Shown piece by piece: positions 27,487-43,163 of a stretch of DNA of 64,000 nt (position 1 is the first letter of the stretch; each line of letters opens with the position of its first letter). The position numbers and the translations under genes are program-made. The notes beneath the pieces are model-generated. The model saw nothing but the letters and a program-made list of their open reading frames with translations. It made no database searches and was not told the DNA's origin. This DNA is from Octopus vulgaris (lineage: Eukaryota): the NCBI GenBank assembly GCA_951406725.2, contig OX597840.1, positions 18,476,001 to 18,540,000 of the forward strand. The letters run 5' to 3'.

Positions 27487-30255
27487 TTGGGAAGCCATCC
27501 AACTAAGGGGTAGTACCTATCCAATATACTGCTGGTAGTGTGCCCAATTATTAAGACCCAAGTGCTGGTTATTGCGTGGCAATTTTGCAATCGAGTGTCA
27601 TATATGGGTAAGGGTAAAATGTGGTTTGCCCTTAATTTATACAGCAAAAAGAAATTGAAGGGGATACAAAAATGACATGGATCAGCCCGTAGACATTCTA
27701 TTATGTCTATTTATTCCAAAACAAAAGGGAATATTATAAGAATAGATAAACATGCAAAGACTGTCTTCTACACAAATATATACTCGTAATAATAGTAATA
27801 CTTAAAAGAGTAAAAGATTAAAAGATCAGTTCCTTACGGCCATTTCTGCCATGAGGCCACGATATCCTGCATGCTAGGGATGGGTAGATAGAGTTCAGAT
27901 GTTGAGTGTGCCTCTAGGCTTCATCAGAGGGTCTAAATGGTTAGGAGAGCCGATACATACAAGAGTCAGTTACTAATAGGTACTGTATATTTTTATAAAG
28001 ATAGAATGACTACACCTACCTTTCCACCACTGAAAAAAATAACATGGATAACTTGGAAGGCATCACTTGATGTCTTTGACTTATTTCTCTTTCCTATATC
28101 TAATCCATTTTACTAAATTTTACTTCTCTTACACTCAAAGTCTTGCTCCTATTCTTCTTCTGCCCTCTTCAATAAGAAAACTATACAGTACCTATTAGTA
28201 ACTGACTCTTGTATGTATCAGTTCTCCTAACTATTTAGACCCTCTGAAGCAGCCTAGGGCACATTCAACATCCAAATTCTATCTACACATCCCTACAGAA
28301 CGCTGAAGGGATGGAGCTAGCATGGAGGATATCATAGCCTCTTGGTAGAAATGGTCGTAAGGAACTGATTTTCTAACGTTTTACTCTTTTATGTACTACT
28401 AGTATATATTTATGTAGCACACAGTCTTTGCATGTGTATCTATTCTTATAATACTCCCTTTTGTTTTGGAATAAATAGACATAGTAGAATGTCTACCAGC
28501 TGATGTATGTTATTTTTGTATCCCTCTATTTTCTTTTTGCCACACACACACACACACATAAATGAAAGAAGGTTTCAAAATGCAATTTTAAAGTTTATTC
28601 ACTTCAATGGTTTCACTTTTTAAGAAAAAGATTGTCAAAAGTAAAATGTAAAAGTTTTGTAAAAGCTTTGTTGTGTTAAGTACTGATTACCACAAAAGCA
28701 TTAGAATACAGCATACATTCTTTGATAATAATAAGAAAATGTTAAAATAGTTTACAAGAAAGTATTTAAGAAAATATTCAACAAAAAGTATAAGGAGTTC
28801 AATAAAAATCATGTTTGTTTGGTAATATATTTATACACAGAAGGAGATATATTTAAGAGTTTAAATATTTATGTCTTAAATTTATAAGGTTCATGAACTT
28901 ATTTATTTACTTATTTATACTTATATACTTGTAATTAATTTTGACAAACATAGTGATATATAAGGAGTAGTAATATTTATACATGTGGGGAAAGTAGACC
29001 TGTCGATTGGGAGTGCGTAAAGATAATGAGTTTTTAAATGAGACTTTGTGTCTTAACAATACTATACGTACCCTCATGAAACACGTGTAGTCAATAATAT
29101 GGAAAATTTTTGGATTATGAATAGAAATAGTAAATATATTATTTAATATTTTATGGCTTGGTTGAGTTAATACCGTTTGGAGTTGATGAAGTTGTGGGTG
29201 GCTCTATCTCTAACATTATTTTGATATATATACTTTTTTTAGTCTTTTACTTGTTTCAGTCATTTGACTACGGCCATGCTGGAGCACCGCCTTTAGTCGA
29301 GCAAATCGACCCCAGGACTTATTCTTTGTAAGCCTAGTACTTATTCTATCGGTCCAACATCACTTGACAACCAATGCTGGTGTCTTTACGTCCCCGTCAC
29401 TTAGTGGTTCAGCAAAAGAGACCAATAGAATAAGTACTAGGCTTACAAAGAATAAGTCCTGGGATTGATTTGCTCGACTAAAGGTGGTGCTCCAGCATGA
29501 CCACCGTCACATGACTGAAACAAGTAAAGAGAGTAAAAGAGTATATCAATGTAGTGATTGTAGTAGTTTTCTGCTGAAGGTTCTATTTCATCTTGACTTG
29601 GATATTACCCGGCAGTGTAGCAATAGGTCACGACTAGTTGTCAATAACAGCAACAAAATCAAGAACAACAAAAGCAACAACAACATCAACAAGCTGGAAT
29701 TAAAAATTAATCAAAAATCTTTTGCTTCCTTGCAGGACAAAGTCAGCCAGCTGCAGAATTTGTCTTCTGCCAATCTGGACAACCCTGAAGCAGGATTAGA
29801 AGCCATGATGCAGACTATTGTCTGTGGAGTAAGTACCTAGATTTTTTTATATTCATATTTTGTGTGCTAAGAAGCTTGCTTCCCAACCACATGGCTCCAG
29901 GTTCAGTCCCACTGCATGGCACCTTGGGCAAGTGTCTTCTACTATAGCCTTCAGCTGACCAAAGCCTCGTGAGTGGATTTGGTAGACGGAAACTAAAAGA
30001 AGCCCATCATATATATATGCCTATACACATGCTGAATATGCTCCTTTGTCACTTTCATGATAGCTTTGAAAAAATAACTGTTAAAATCGAACTGCACTCT
30101 TCAAAACTTGCACTAAGAATAAGACTAAGGCAAAATTACTACCTGCTTTTATGGCAAGTTCATACAGGTAGTTTATCCCATTCCCCTCCGACTTTTGATT
30201 TATGCAATTGAAAAAACCGCATTATTTGTGGGATGGCCCAATACATACATACCAC

Positions 30256-30319
<64 letters not shown>

Positions 30320-33300
30320 AAAAATATATTTATGATATATGTATAAAAATCAATAGAGTATATAAACAATAAATAGTAAATAGACCTGATGAGTGACTAT
30401 ATTTTTAAATAGAATTAATTTTAATTGATTTTATTATCGATTTGAAAATATAACCACAAAATGTGCATAGTCTATCTACTATTTATTGTTTATGTACATT
30501 ATTGATTTTTAGAATAAGGTTTTTATAGTATATTTAACTTTTTCTATATGGTGTGAATAACATCCTTTGCTATTGAATTGTTTAATAGAGGTTTTTCTCT
30601 AAATTATATACATATATTATATATTGGGAAATTTGATTTAGAATTGCTAAAGTTTGGAATTATATTCCCTACTATTATTATTATTATATATATATATATA
30701 TATATATATTTGATTAATACATATATATATTAATACATACATATATATTTATCTATTACAGGACAAAATAGGATGGCGAAACAACTCCCGTAAACTGATT
30801 ATTTATTGTTCTGATGCTTCATTTCATTATGCTGGTGATGGTAAGGTGAGTACAAGCCCATAGCTTTTTCTTATTAACTCTTTTGTTACCATATTTTTGT
30901 TGACCCATAATACTTTCGTTTCAATTAATTTTTGAAATATTGAAGAATTTTGAAATATAACTTTCTCATTATTAAGTTGGTGTCTGACAAAAATTAACTT
31001 AGAGTTCTTAAGGAAGATTATAATTTAGATCACTTCAAAACAGTAAGTTTATGTCCTGGAACTGGGGGGGTCAGTCTCAGGTGGGTTGGTATCAAAAGGA
31101 TGGAACTGACTCTTATTTTATTGGCACACAGATATACAAGGGGGTACTGAAAAGTCCCTGGCTTTGGGTACAAGAAAACACAGGAGGATCGGTTAATCAT
31201 CATTTTATTCAACATATTCCCCCTCTCTGACCCACACACTTATTGCAGTGGTCCTTCAATGTTTCTAAGTCGAGTAAAAGAACTCAGATGGTTGGACCTC
31301 CAACCAGTCCTTTTGTGATACCTTTAAAGGCAGGAACTTTTCTGTATCCCTTCATACACACTAAGTTAGTCAATTTACATAGAACAAAACAAAAACTGGG
31401 GGACAAGATTTAATATTGAATCGGAATTTGGATAAAGAAGGATAACCCTATAAGATGTACCCAGTGTAAGCTATGGACACATAAAAGGTGCAGCAATGTC
31501 AAAGGAAGGCTAACTGGGAAGATAGTTTTTGTATGTGGCAGATGCTCGGGAGCATTAACCTCTGAAAATCTGCAGAAAACAACTTCCATCACTTTCCAGG
31601 GGAAAAAACTAGAAGTAGTTGATAGCTTCCGTTATCTAGGTGACCAAGTCAGTAGTAGGGGTGGGTGTACTGAAAGTGTAACGGCTAGAGTAAGAATAGC
31701 CCGGGCAAAGTTTAGGGAGCTCTTATCCCTGCTGGTGACTAAAGGCCTCTCGCTCAGAGTAAAAGGCAGACTGTATGATGCATGTGTACGAACAGCCATG
31801 CTACATGGCAGTGAAACATGGGCCGTGACTGCTGAGGACATGCGTAAGCTCGCAAGAAATGAAGCCAGTATGCTCCGATGGATGTGTAATGTCAGTGTGC
31901 ATGCTCGACAGAGTGTAAGTACCTTGAGAGAAATGTTGTACCTAAGAAGCATCAGTTGTGGTGTGCAAGAGAGACGATTGCGCTGGTATGGTCATGTGGC
32001 GAGAATGGATGAAGATAGGTGTGTGAAAAAGTGCCAATCCCTAGCAGTGGAGGGAACCTGTGGAAGAAGTAGACCCAGGAAAACTTGGGACAAGGTTGTG
32101 AAGCACGACCTTCGAACCTTAGGTCTCACTGAGGAAATGACCAGCGACCAAGACCTTTGGAAATATGCTGTGCGTGAAAAGACCAGGCAGGACAAGTGAG
32201 TCCAGCCCACTTATGCATGCCTTTCCTCCCTTGGACACACAAAGACCTGTTGAGGCAAGTGAAGTCGATATCGAACCTCATCCGACGACAGGCACCTATG
32301 CCAACCACCCTTTGCTTGCAAAGACCTGTTGGGGCAAGTGAAATCGGAATCAAAATTGAACCAATCCTATGACTGGCACCCGGCAGATGCCAGGACCCCT
32401 GGACTGGAGATACGTAAAAAGCACTATCCGAATCGTGGCCAATGCCAGTGCCGCCTCGACTGGCTTCCGTGTCGGTGACACGTAAAAAGCACCATCCGAA
32501 TCGTGGCCGAAGCCAGTGCCGCCTCGACTGGCTTCTATGCAGGTGGCGCGTAAAATGCACCAATCCGACCGTGGCTGATGCCAGCCTCGCCTGGCACCAG
32601 TGCAGGTGGCACATAAAAAGCACCCACTACACTCACGTAGGGGTTGGCGTTAGGAAGGGCATCCAGCTGTAGAAACAATGCCAGATAAGACCGGAGCCTT
32701 GTGCAGCCTTCTGGCTTCCCAGATCCCCGGTTGAACTGTCCAACCCATGCTAGCATGGAGAACGGACGTTAAACGATGATGATGATGATGATGAAGGATG
32801 TAGATGGAGTTCTAAGCATTGGTTAACTTGCACTTCATCGGTTACGACGATGAGGGTTCCAGTTGATCCGATCCACAGAACAGCCTGCTCGTGAAATTAA
32901 TGTTCAAATGGCTGAGCACTCCACAGACACATGTACCCTTAATGTTTTTCTAAGGGAGATTCTGTATGACACAGAGTGTGACAAGGCTGACCCCTTTGAA
33001 ATAAAGGCACAACTCATTTTTACCAGCTGAGTGGACTGGAGCAACGAGAAATGAAGTATCTTGCTCAAGGACACAATGCATAGCTGGGAATTGAACTCAC
33101 AACATAATGATCAAGAGCTCAGTGCCCTAACCACTAAGCCATGCACCTTCACTTCAATATTGGTTAACTCAGTGGTTTTCAACTGGGTCCCATAGAAGAT
33201 TTTTTGTAAGAATTTAAGTGCAATAAATTAGTTTTACTTTTATAATGCAAAAAATCTTTTAATAGTTTTTTTAATTACAATTCATAATAATATTCAATTA

Positions 33301-34124
33301 TAAAAATATAGGTGCAGGTATGGCAGTGTGATAAGAAGCCTGCTTCCCAACCACATGGTTCCGGGTTCAGTCACACTGTGTGGCACTCTGGGCAAGTGTC
33401 TTCTACTATAGGCTTGGGCTGACCAAAGCCTTGTGAGTGGATTTGGTAGATGGAAACTGAAAGAAGCCTGTTGTGTGCATAATAATAATAGTATGGAATA
33501 TAATTCCAAAACTTACAGGGAAAAATTCAATTTAACAATTTTAAGTCAAATTTCACAATATATAATATATGTGTATAATTTAGAGAAAAACGTCTATTAA
33601 ACAATTCAATAATGAAAGATGTTATACACCATATAGAAAACATATACTATAAAAAAAAAACCTTTTTTATAGTATATGTTTTAATAGTGGTGTTTCTCAA
33701 AATTATATATATATATTGATAGAAATGGCAAGACAACAAAAGAATGAAAGAGACCTCGATATTATGTAAATAGAGGAATTTATCTGTAAAATAATATGTG
33801 ACAATTATTCTGTAGCCATGATAAAACTCCGAGTTTCGACCCCGACATCCAAAACTCGGAGTTCTATCATGGCTACCGAATAAGTGTCACATATTATATT
33901 TACAGATATATATATATATATAAATGTGACCTTGTGTGTACCGTTGGCGATTTATTTCCTCTGTCTTCCCTTCTCTGGATCTTTCCTTCTCCTATGTTTC
34001 CGATGAAGAGCTCGGCTCGAAACGTTAAACCCTCCTTCTTTCCTTCTTTCCTGAGTGTCCAATAATACTATATTTGTTCCATGTCCTCGCGTTGTTGTGT
34101 TTTTTTGTGCTTTCTTGTTTGGAT

Positions 34125-34201
<77 letters not shown>

Positions 34202-36446
34202 GTATATATATTTATGTGTATATATATTTATGTGTGTGTGTCTTTGTGTCTGTGTTTGTCGCCCTACCATCGCTTGACAACTGATGTTGGTGTGTTTATG
34301 TCCCTGTAACTTAGCGGTTCAGAACCATGTGGTTGTTAACCACACAGCCACTCCTGCACCTATAGCCACTCCTGAAAGATTTAATCACATGTGCCCCTCC
34401 CTCACCTGAAAATTCTTCATTGTGCTATTTTAATCAATCTTAAAACCCCTTTTTTCTTTCTCTTGCAGCTTGGTGGTCTTGTCTTACCCAACGATGGCCA
34501 GTGCCATTTAAATAATAACAAATACACAAAAGCAGAATCTCAGGTAAGACAATTCATTCTGATTGCTTTTTATTTTAATTTTCTTTGTGGCTTTACCAGA
34601 AAAGAAACAACTGGCATCCAAAAACCCTTTCCAGGTTCTCTGAGATACTCAGGTAGGTTGTTGGAAGAAATGAAGTTATTGTGAAACCTGGACATCTGGT
34701 TTAAATGCTTGCAACAGAATGGGCACCTGTAAAGGTAGCAAAGGACCAGTTGGAGCTGTTAAATTGGGTGGCAACATAGTGGACATTACTAAAGGTAACC
34801 AAGGACCAGGATGTGGTGTTAAACTGGGGACCAAGTGGTGGTGTTAAGCTGGGTGGTAACAGAATGGACTCTACTAAAGGTAGCCAAGGACCAAGTGGTG
34901 GTATTAACCCTTTTGATACTAGCCCGGCTGAAACTGCCTCTGGCTCTGTAGTACAGATGTCTTGTTTTCAAAAGTTTTGAATGAAACTCTTCCACCAAAC
35001 CTTAGTCACAATTTATGTTCCTAACACCAACTTAATGATAACTAAGTTATTTTACTAAATTCTTTGTTATATTTAAAATTAATTGAAAGAAACATAGAGC
35101 ATCTCAAAATAAATATGGTAACGAAAGGGTTGAAATATATATAATAGAGAAACAATTCTTAACCCTTGCAATACCAACCCAGTTGAAACAGCCTCTGAAA
35201 CAGAGCATCTCAACAGAAATAGGGTAACAAATGTCCTGTTTTCATAAGTTCTGAATTAAAATCTTCCACCAAACCTTAGTCACAATTTATGTTCCTAACA
35301 CCAACTTAATGATAACCAAGTTATTTTACTAAATTCTTTGTTATATTTAAAATTAACTGAAAGAAACACAGAGCATCTCAACAGAAATATGGTAACAAAA
35401 GGGTTAAACCGGGTGACAACTTGGTGGACATTTTTAAAGATAGCCAAAGACCAAGTGAATTGACTCTCTTAAAAACAGCCAAGGACCGGTTGGTGGTCAG
35501 CTCTGCCTTTTGTCCATTCACGGTTGATAACATTAAGTACTTAAACAGTGATGTTGAAATGATAGACTTGCTCTCAGCCACCAAAATTCCAGGCCTTTTG
35601 CCCAACGTTGAAAGAATTACAATATTATAGAGAATCTGGTTAGATAAAAAGAGACTGTCTGGATTAGAATTAGCCAATAGTAGTGAATGTCAGACACAAA
35701 ATTAGCTTATAGGGAGGGTCGACTTCATGTATAGGACCCAGGGAGAAAAATATTTTGAGAAGCTTTTATTTGTTTACCAAGAAAAGAGCGTTTTCTATGC
35801 CGCCAAATTTGCTAATCTCTTGGGATCCCTCCCCAATGTTTCTTCTGTCCCCCATCTCTCTCACTGGAATTCCTCTGAATTTACAAAGAATAGGAAATGC
35901 TATCTTTGACGATTGAGAAGCAGTCATTTAAAGGGAGGTAACTCTGCCTTATCTCTTCATGCCAAGAAACCAGAGTTTCGTTTCTTACTTTACTCTGTTC
36001 CGACCATCCTCCATATATATATATATATATATATATATTGTTTGTCATTAGACTGCGGCCATACTGGGGCACTGCCTTGAAGAATTTTTAATTGAATGAA
36101 TCAACCACAGTACTTTATTAAAGCCTAATATTCACTTTGTATATATATATAGTAGAAATATGTTAAGAAAAGAAAATATAAAATACACGGGGAAATGTAA
36201 GGGTAAAATATGTAAAATCAACGAAAATGCATATTGCAAATAGAAAAAGGCTATTTATGACAGGTAACGACAAATATATACATTTAGATTGACTGAGGTA
36301 GTAATACGAGTCATAAAGGTCATTATTATGAGATGATTATAAGATGATAATAAAGTAAGAGAACAAAATGAACCATGGTTTACGCGAATTATTCATCGTT
36401 TGAACAACACCGGTGCATTTTCGTTGATTTTTTATATTTTACCCCT

Positions 36447-36533
<87 letters not shown>

Positions 36534-39500
36534 CATATATACATACACACACACACAAACACACATACATATATGCATGCATATGCATATATGAATGAGA
36601 GGCTTCTTTTAGTTTTCATCTACCAAATCCGTTCACAAGGTATTAGTTGATGTGATGTAGTAGAAAACACTTGCCCAAGGTGCTGCTCAGCAGAACTTGA
36701 ACCCAGGACTACATGGTTGGGAAGTCAGCTTCTGAACCACATTTGCCCATACTCTGTGATTAAGAAGTCTGTGACACCAGCCTGTGGGCTTGATCCCTCT
36801 ATGTGGCCCCTTGAGCAATGGTTTTCCTCTGTAGCACCAAGTTGACCAAAGTCATACGAGAGGAATTCGGTCAATTTGAACCCTCTCTGGTGTATTGTGG
36901 AACTGAGGAAGGATTTCGTTACATATCAGAATGGTTAAGCAAGGTTAATTCTCCTCTCGATTCTTTGTTTCTCCACAGGATTATCCCTCAGTCGGACATC
37001 TTGCTGAGGTGATTGAACAGAATAAAGTGACCGTCATCTTTGCTGTGGCCGGCAAGAACCAGTTGAATCTCTACAAAAAACTGCAAGGCAGCCTGTCTGG
37101 TGCCTATGTTAGCAAGTTGGACAGTAAGGATTACACAATTGCTGATATTGTCAAAGACAACTATGCTGTGAGTTGCTCAGCTTTACCATTTCTCTCTTTC
37201 TCTGTCTGTCTGTCTATTTCTGTGTTTCTATCTGTATCTGTTTGTCTATCTTTCTATCTGCCTGTCTGTTTATTGACCAATCCATTCATCTGTCTATCTA
37301 TCGATCAATCCATCTATCTGTCTATGTATGTATGTATCTATCTATCGATCCATCTATCTGTCTGTCAGACCAACAGCCAATCAGTCCGTTCGTTCATCTG
37401 TTTGTCTATTGATTGGTCTGTTTGTCTATCGATCGATCCATCTGTCTATCAAACAATTCATTTGTCTGTCTATCGATCAATCCATCTGTCTGTCAATCAA
37501 TTCATCTGTCTGTCTATTGATTGATCCCTCTGTCTGTCGATCAATTCATCTGTCTGTCTGTCGATCAATCCATCTGTCTATAGATCAATCCATCTGTCTG
37601 TCTGTCGATCAATCCATCTGTCTGTCTGTCAATCAATCCATCTGTCTGTCGATCAATCCATCTGTCTATCGATCAATCAATCTATCTATCGATCAATCCA
37701 TCTGTCTGTTGATCAATCCATCTGTCTGTCGATCAATCCATCTGTCTGTCTATTGATCAATCCAGCTGTTTGTCTGTCTTTCTCTCCTTCTTTCTCTTTT
37801 GCTTTCATTCATTCATTTGATCAATGAATCAACTAAACCCAGTAAAAGACACTCACATAAGAATTCCTTTTGATTTTACCAAAATTCTGAGTTCAATATT
37901 GTGTATATTTGTTCTTTATATTGTTTTTATATTGTCTTTATCTTTTGCCTATATTTCCAGAACATAACCTCAGGAGTTAAAATTGTTTCACCAAACAAGA
38001 ATCTGAATTTTACGATTATGTCAAAATGTAAAGGGTAAGGGGTACTTCTCTACGTTATATTATCACAAGTGTAGGGGTAGCTGTTTCATAAGAAGTTCGC
38101 TTTCCAATCACATGATTCCGGGTTCAGTCCCACTTCATGGCACCATAGCTAAGTGTTTTCTACTGTAGAGACCTCAGTGAATCATAGATATGAACATCTG
38201 AAAGAAACCCATCATATATGTGTGTGTGTGTGTGTGTGTCCACCACTTGACAACTGCTGTTGGTATGTTTATGTCTCTTTAACTTAGTGATTCAGCAAAA
38301 TGAGATTGATAGAATAATTACCAGGCTTAAAAAATAATAAAAAAATATTTTTAAAAAGGGAGTTGATTTGCTTTACTAAAACCCTTCAAGGTAGTGCCCC
38401 AGCTTGGCCACAGGTCAATGACTGAAACAAGACCCACCTACCACAACAGAATGGATATCCTAAAACCAAAGTGACATGTAAAAAGCACTGGTGCTGGGGC
38501 CACATAAAATTCACTAGTGCTGGTGTTATTGTAAAAAGCACCCAGTACACTCTGTAGAGTGGTTGGTGTTAAGAAGGGCAACCAGCTGTAGAAATGAGCC
38601 CACAACAGACCATGGAACTTGATGTGACCCCTAGCCTTCCCAGTTCTGGTCAAGCTGTCCAGCCTATGTCAGCATGGAAAACAGGCATTAAATGTTGTTG
38701 ATGATAGTGATGATGATGAAGGTTGACTTGCTCCCTAAAAAAAGGTGGCGAGCTGGCAGAAACGTTAGCACATTGGGTGAAATGCTTAGTGGTATTTTGT
38801 CTGCCGTTACGTTCTGAGTTCAAATTCTGCCGAGGTCGACTTTGCCTTTCATCCTTTCGGGGTCGATTAAATAAGTACCAGTTACGCACTGGGGTCGATA
38901 GAATCGACTTAATCCATTTGTCTGTCTTTGTTTGTCCCCTCTGTGTTTAGCCCCTTGTGGGTAGTAAAGAAATAGGTTGACTTGCTCCCTAAAAATTCCA
39001 ACTTAAACTGCAACTAAAACCAGGCATGCTGTAGCTGCCAAACGGTGAAGGGCCCCGGACAGGGTTTCAATCAAACTGGCATTTGAATAACAGAAGTGCT
39101 GGGTGCCTTCTGCATACCAATTGGTATGGGTGCATTTTACTTGGCATCAGCATCTGCAAGACAAAGACCTCTCTGCTGGGGGAGGGAGTGGGGACATAGC
39201 CATAAACGACATGCCAGTCTGTATGGATGGCCACATTTTCACTTCACTTGACAAGTCTTCTCAAGCACAGCAAATTCCCTCAACCCCCTGGTCCCTTGTC
39301 ATCTCCTCAGTGAGGCCCAGCATCTGAAGATCCTTTCTCACCACTTTGTCCCGCATCTTCCTGGGTTTATCCCTTCCACAGGTTCCCCTCCACAATTAGG
39401 GATTGGCACTTTATTGGAGATGCTTATTCACATCGTTTTAGATTAATCTTGCATTATCTTATAGCTTTGAGATTTCGATGATGTGTTTGTTTATTGTTAG

Positions 39501-42500
39501 AATGACATTGCAGAGTATGTACGAGAGGCCAGATCTCTTCAGTTTGACCATAAAACAGGTAGAATATCTGGGCCGGTTTAAATGCTAAAGGATTAAGGTT
39601 CATGCATGTGAGTGAGTGAAGGGTAAGGATGCATGTGAGTGTGGGACAAAAGCACTTGTATTTGACTGAGTTTAGAATTAGTACATCCATGTGAGTGAGT
39701 GTTGAGTGGCAGCATATACATGTGAGTGAAGAGTAGGAACACATACATGTGGGTAAGTGAAAGGTAAGAATGCACACATGTGAGTGTGGGTGATGGCATT
39801 TACATGTGAATGAGAAAAGGGTGAGGGTACATGTGTATAAGTGAGAATGGGATGAAAGCACTGGTATTTGACTAAGCTTAAGATTAGTATATCCATGTGA
39901 GTGGGTGTTGAGTGACAGCATACACATGTGAGTGAGAGTTAGAATACATGCATGTGAGTGAGTGAAGGGTAAGGATGCATGTGAGTGTGGGACAAAAGCA
40001 CTTGTATTGGACTGAGTTTCAGATTAGTATGTGAGTGAGTGTTGAGTAGCAGTATATACATGTGAGTGAATGTCGGAGTATCGACTTGAGTGTGAGAGCA
40101 CACTCAAGGGTCAGCTGCTAGACTTCTTCCACAATATTTCTTCACTTCCAACCATCTTTACCATGCTGCTGTCTCCTTTACTCTTACCATTTTACTCTTC
40201 ACCACAGAACCAAATGGATAGCTTCAGATTCCTGTGATGGCATTAAACCAGCACAAACGGTAAGGAATATTCTATATTTTTCGGGGTGGTGGGGGTGGGT
40301 GGGGGTCTGTTTCATTCTAATTCCACTGGATGCAGGTTTGGTTATGTCGTTAACAATTTCTCTTTGCAACCTCATGGTTCCATTTTCAATTCCACTACAT
40401 GGCACTTTGATTCAGTTATCATCATCATCATCATCATCATTTAACATCTGTTTTCCATGCTGGCATGGGTTGGATGGTTCAACAGGAGCTGTTCTGAGTT
40501 CAAATCCCACTGTCGCCTACCTGGATGGTAGACTTAATCTTTTAGCCAGTTTAACAGGACCACTGGGTCCTTTGGAATTTTTGTGGACTCTACTCCCATA
40601 TGCTTTCAACAGTCTTCGACCAATCAATCTGGAATTCCAGTCATCTCCCTCAAAACAAAACTCTGTATCTTCAATTCCAACATCGAGGCCATTTTGCTTT
40701 ATGGGTAAAAAATTTGGAGGGTCACCAAGACCATAAAGAGTAAGCTACAGACCTGCGTCAACAAATGTCTGTGCTACAATATCCTCAAAATTTAGTGGTC
40801 AGACAAAATTTCAAACAGAAGTCTGTGGAATGGAACAAACCAAACTCTCATCAATCAAGAAGTTCTGAAGCGACCATGCAAGAGAAAACAATGTGAATAA
40901 ATATGCATTTCTTTTGATAGAATTTTGTGAAAACTAAAAGGTTAAGCCAGGACTCCAGTTTAAAGACACCCTTTTCTCACCCTGTAAGTCATCATAGATA
41001 CTATCTCCCTTCCTGACCCCTTTCATGGTCCCTTTACCATTGTTGTCTCTGCCCCTGCTTATTTAGTGTCCTCTATTGTCTTCTTCTTCTTCTTCTCATT
41101 CAACAGGTTGACTTCAAAGTGGTGTTAACTGCACCAGACTGCAGCAGTGCACGGCACCAAAGCATCAAGATCAACCCTGTTGGACTGCATGATACATTGA
41201 CTATAGATATGGAACTCATCTGTGAATGTGACTGTGAGAAATATCCGGTGAGTACCCTCTTTTGTGTGTGTGTGTGAGAATATGTGTATGCGTATGTGTG
41301 TGTGCGCGCTTGTATATATATATATCAGTAAATGTAATATGTGACAATTATTCGGTAGCCAAGGTAAAACCCTGAGTTTCGGATGCTGAGGTGGAAATCC
41401 ATGCCACCATCTCTTCAGTTATCCGGCCATATTACATTTACTGATAAATTCCTCTATTTACATAATATCGATGTCTCTCTCTTTCTTTTGTTATCTTACC
41501 ATTTTTACCAATATATATATATATATATATATATACAAAGCAATGATTAGTAAATTCATGAAACCGGTATGCTTTTGAATCTCTTTAACAATTCACAATA
41601 ATGACTTTTATTACTTTTATTCCTACCTCAGTTCATCTAATCTCTCTCTATATAAACGGCAGTTTGTCTGTGTGTGTTTCTGTGTGTCTGTTTTCTCGTA
41701 CCCTCACTCTGACCACTGCTTTCAACCGATTCTGATGAAACTTGACACACACATAGCCCAATGTCATAATTCAAAACTAACACAGCGAAAATTTTGAAAA
41801 GTTCCCCCAGGTCTGAAAAAGATCGATAAATTCGACATGGGGTCGACAATCAGAAACACAAACCACAGATGGTCTAGGGGACGCAACTCGACCTTTTTAA
41901 CTATCAAAAAAAATTTACCATAATTTTTTTTCCCATTTTTTTGCTATTTTTTGGCTATAACTCTCTAAAAATGCTTTATAGTTATTTCCCTTACAAACCC
42001 GAGCAACGCCGGGCGATACTGCTAGTTGTATATATTTATCGTTACTTTTCATAAAAAGCCTTTATTTTTTTGATTTCCAATGTGCATTTTCGCTTATTTT
42101 TCTTCTTACTTTCCCCTTACATTTCCACGTGTAGTTTCTATTTTCTTTTTGTAACATATTTCTATTTTATATATATATATATGTTTAACTCGCTGACTTT
42201 TTGTCTATCTTCCTCTCTCTCTCTCTCTCTCTCTCTATACACATATACACACATCTGTTTAATGTTTTGTCTGTTTGTCTGCCTATCATTATATATCTGT
42301 GTCTCTCTCTATTCTCCACCTCTTGGACATTTGTATACTCACTTGCTCTCTTTCATATTCTTCCTCTTGCTCTCTCTCTCTCTCTCTCTCCATCTATCTA
42401 TCAATCTATACATTCAGATATATATATATACACACACACATGTACATAAGTGTAATATCAATATCCTATATTGAACTACTCCCACGTCTCTTCAACAAGA

Positions 42501-42884
42501 CTCTTCACTCTCCTTATCCTAAATACTTCACTCTGTCTTATTGCTCACAATCAAATCTATAAATCTAATTAACCTGTCTACTTTAATTACTGCAGGAGAC
42601 AAAAAGTCCACTCTGTAGTTCTGCTGGCAATTTGACCTGCGGTCAGTGTTCTTGTGAGCCAAACCGAAGTGGTCAGAACTGTTCTTGCTCCATTCAAGAC
42701 TTTGAAAATGATCTCATTAACAGATGTCGTCCGTAAGTATGGAATATCACTCACAGCCTCTCTCTCTTTCTCTGTCTGTCTCTTAATCTATCTGCCTAGC
42801 TACCTGTCTCTATTTGTCTGCCTGTTTGTATCTCTCTGTCTATTTCTACCTGTCTGTCTATCTATCTCTATCTGTCTGTCTAGC

Positions 42885-42917
<33 letters not shown>

Positions 42918-42924
42918 GTATCTA

Positions 42925-43006
<82 letters not shown>

Positions 43007-43100
43007 CCTACCTACCTACCTATCTACCTGCCTGCCTGCCCGCCTGCCCGCCCGCCCGCCTGCCTGCCTGCCTGCCTGCCTGCCTGCTTGCCTATATTTA

Positions 43101-43163
<63 letters not shown>

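Noticed and set aside
41730-41745. CTGATGAAAC as a hammerhead core
   Set aside because: No stem II or stem I pairing; it is part of the Helitron-like interior.
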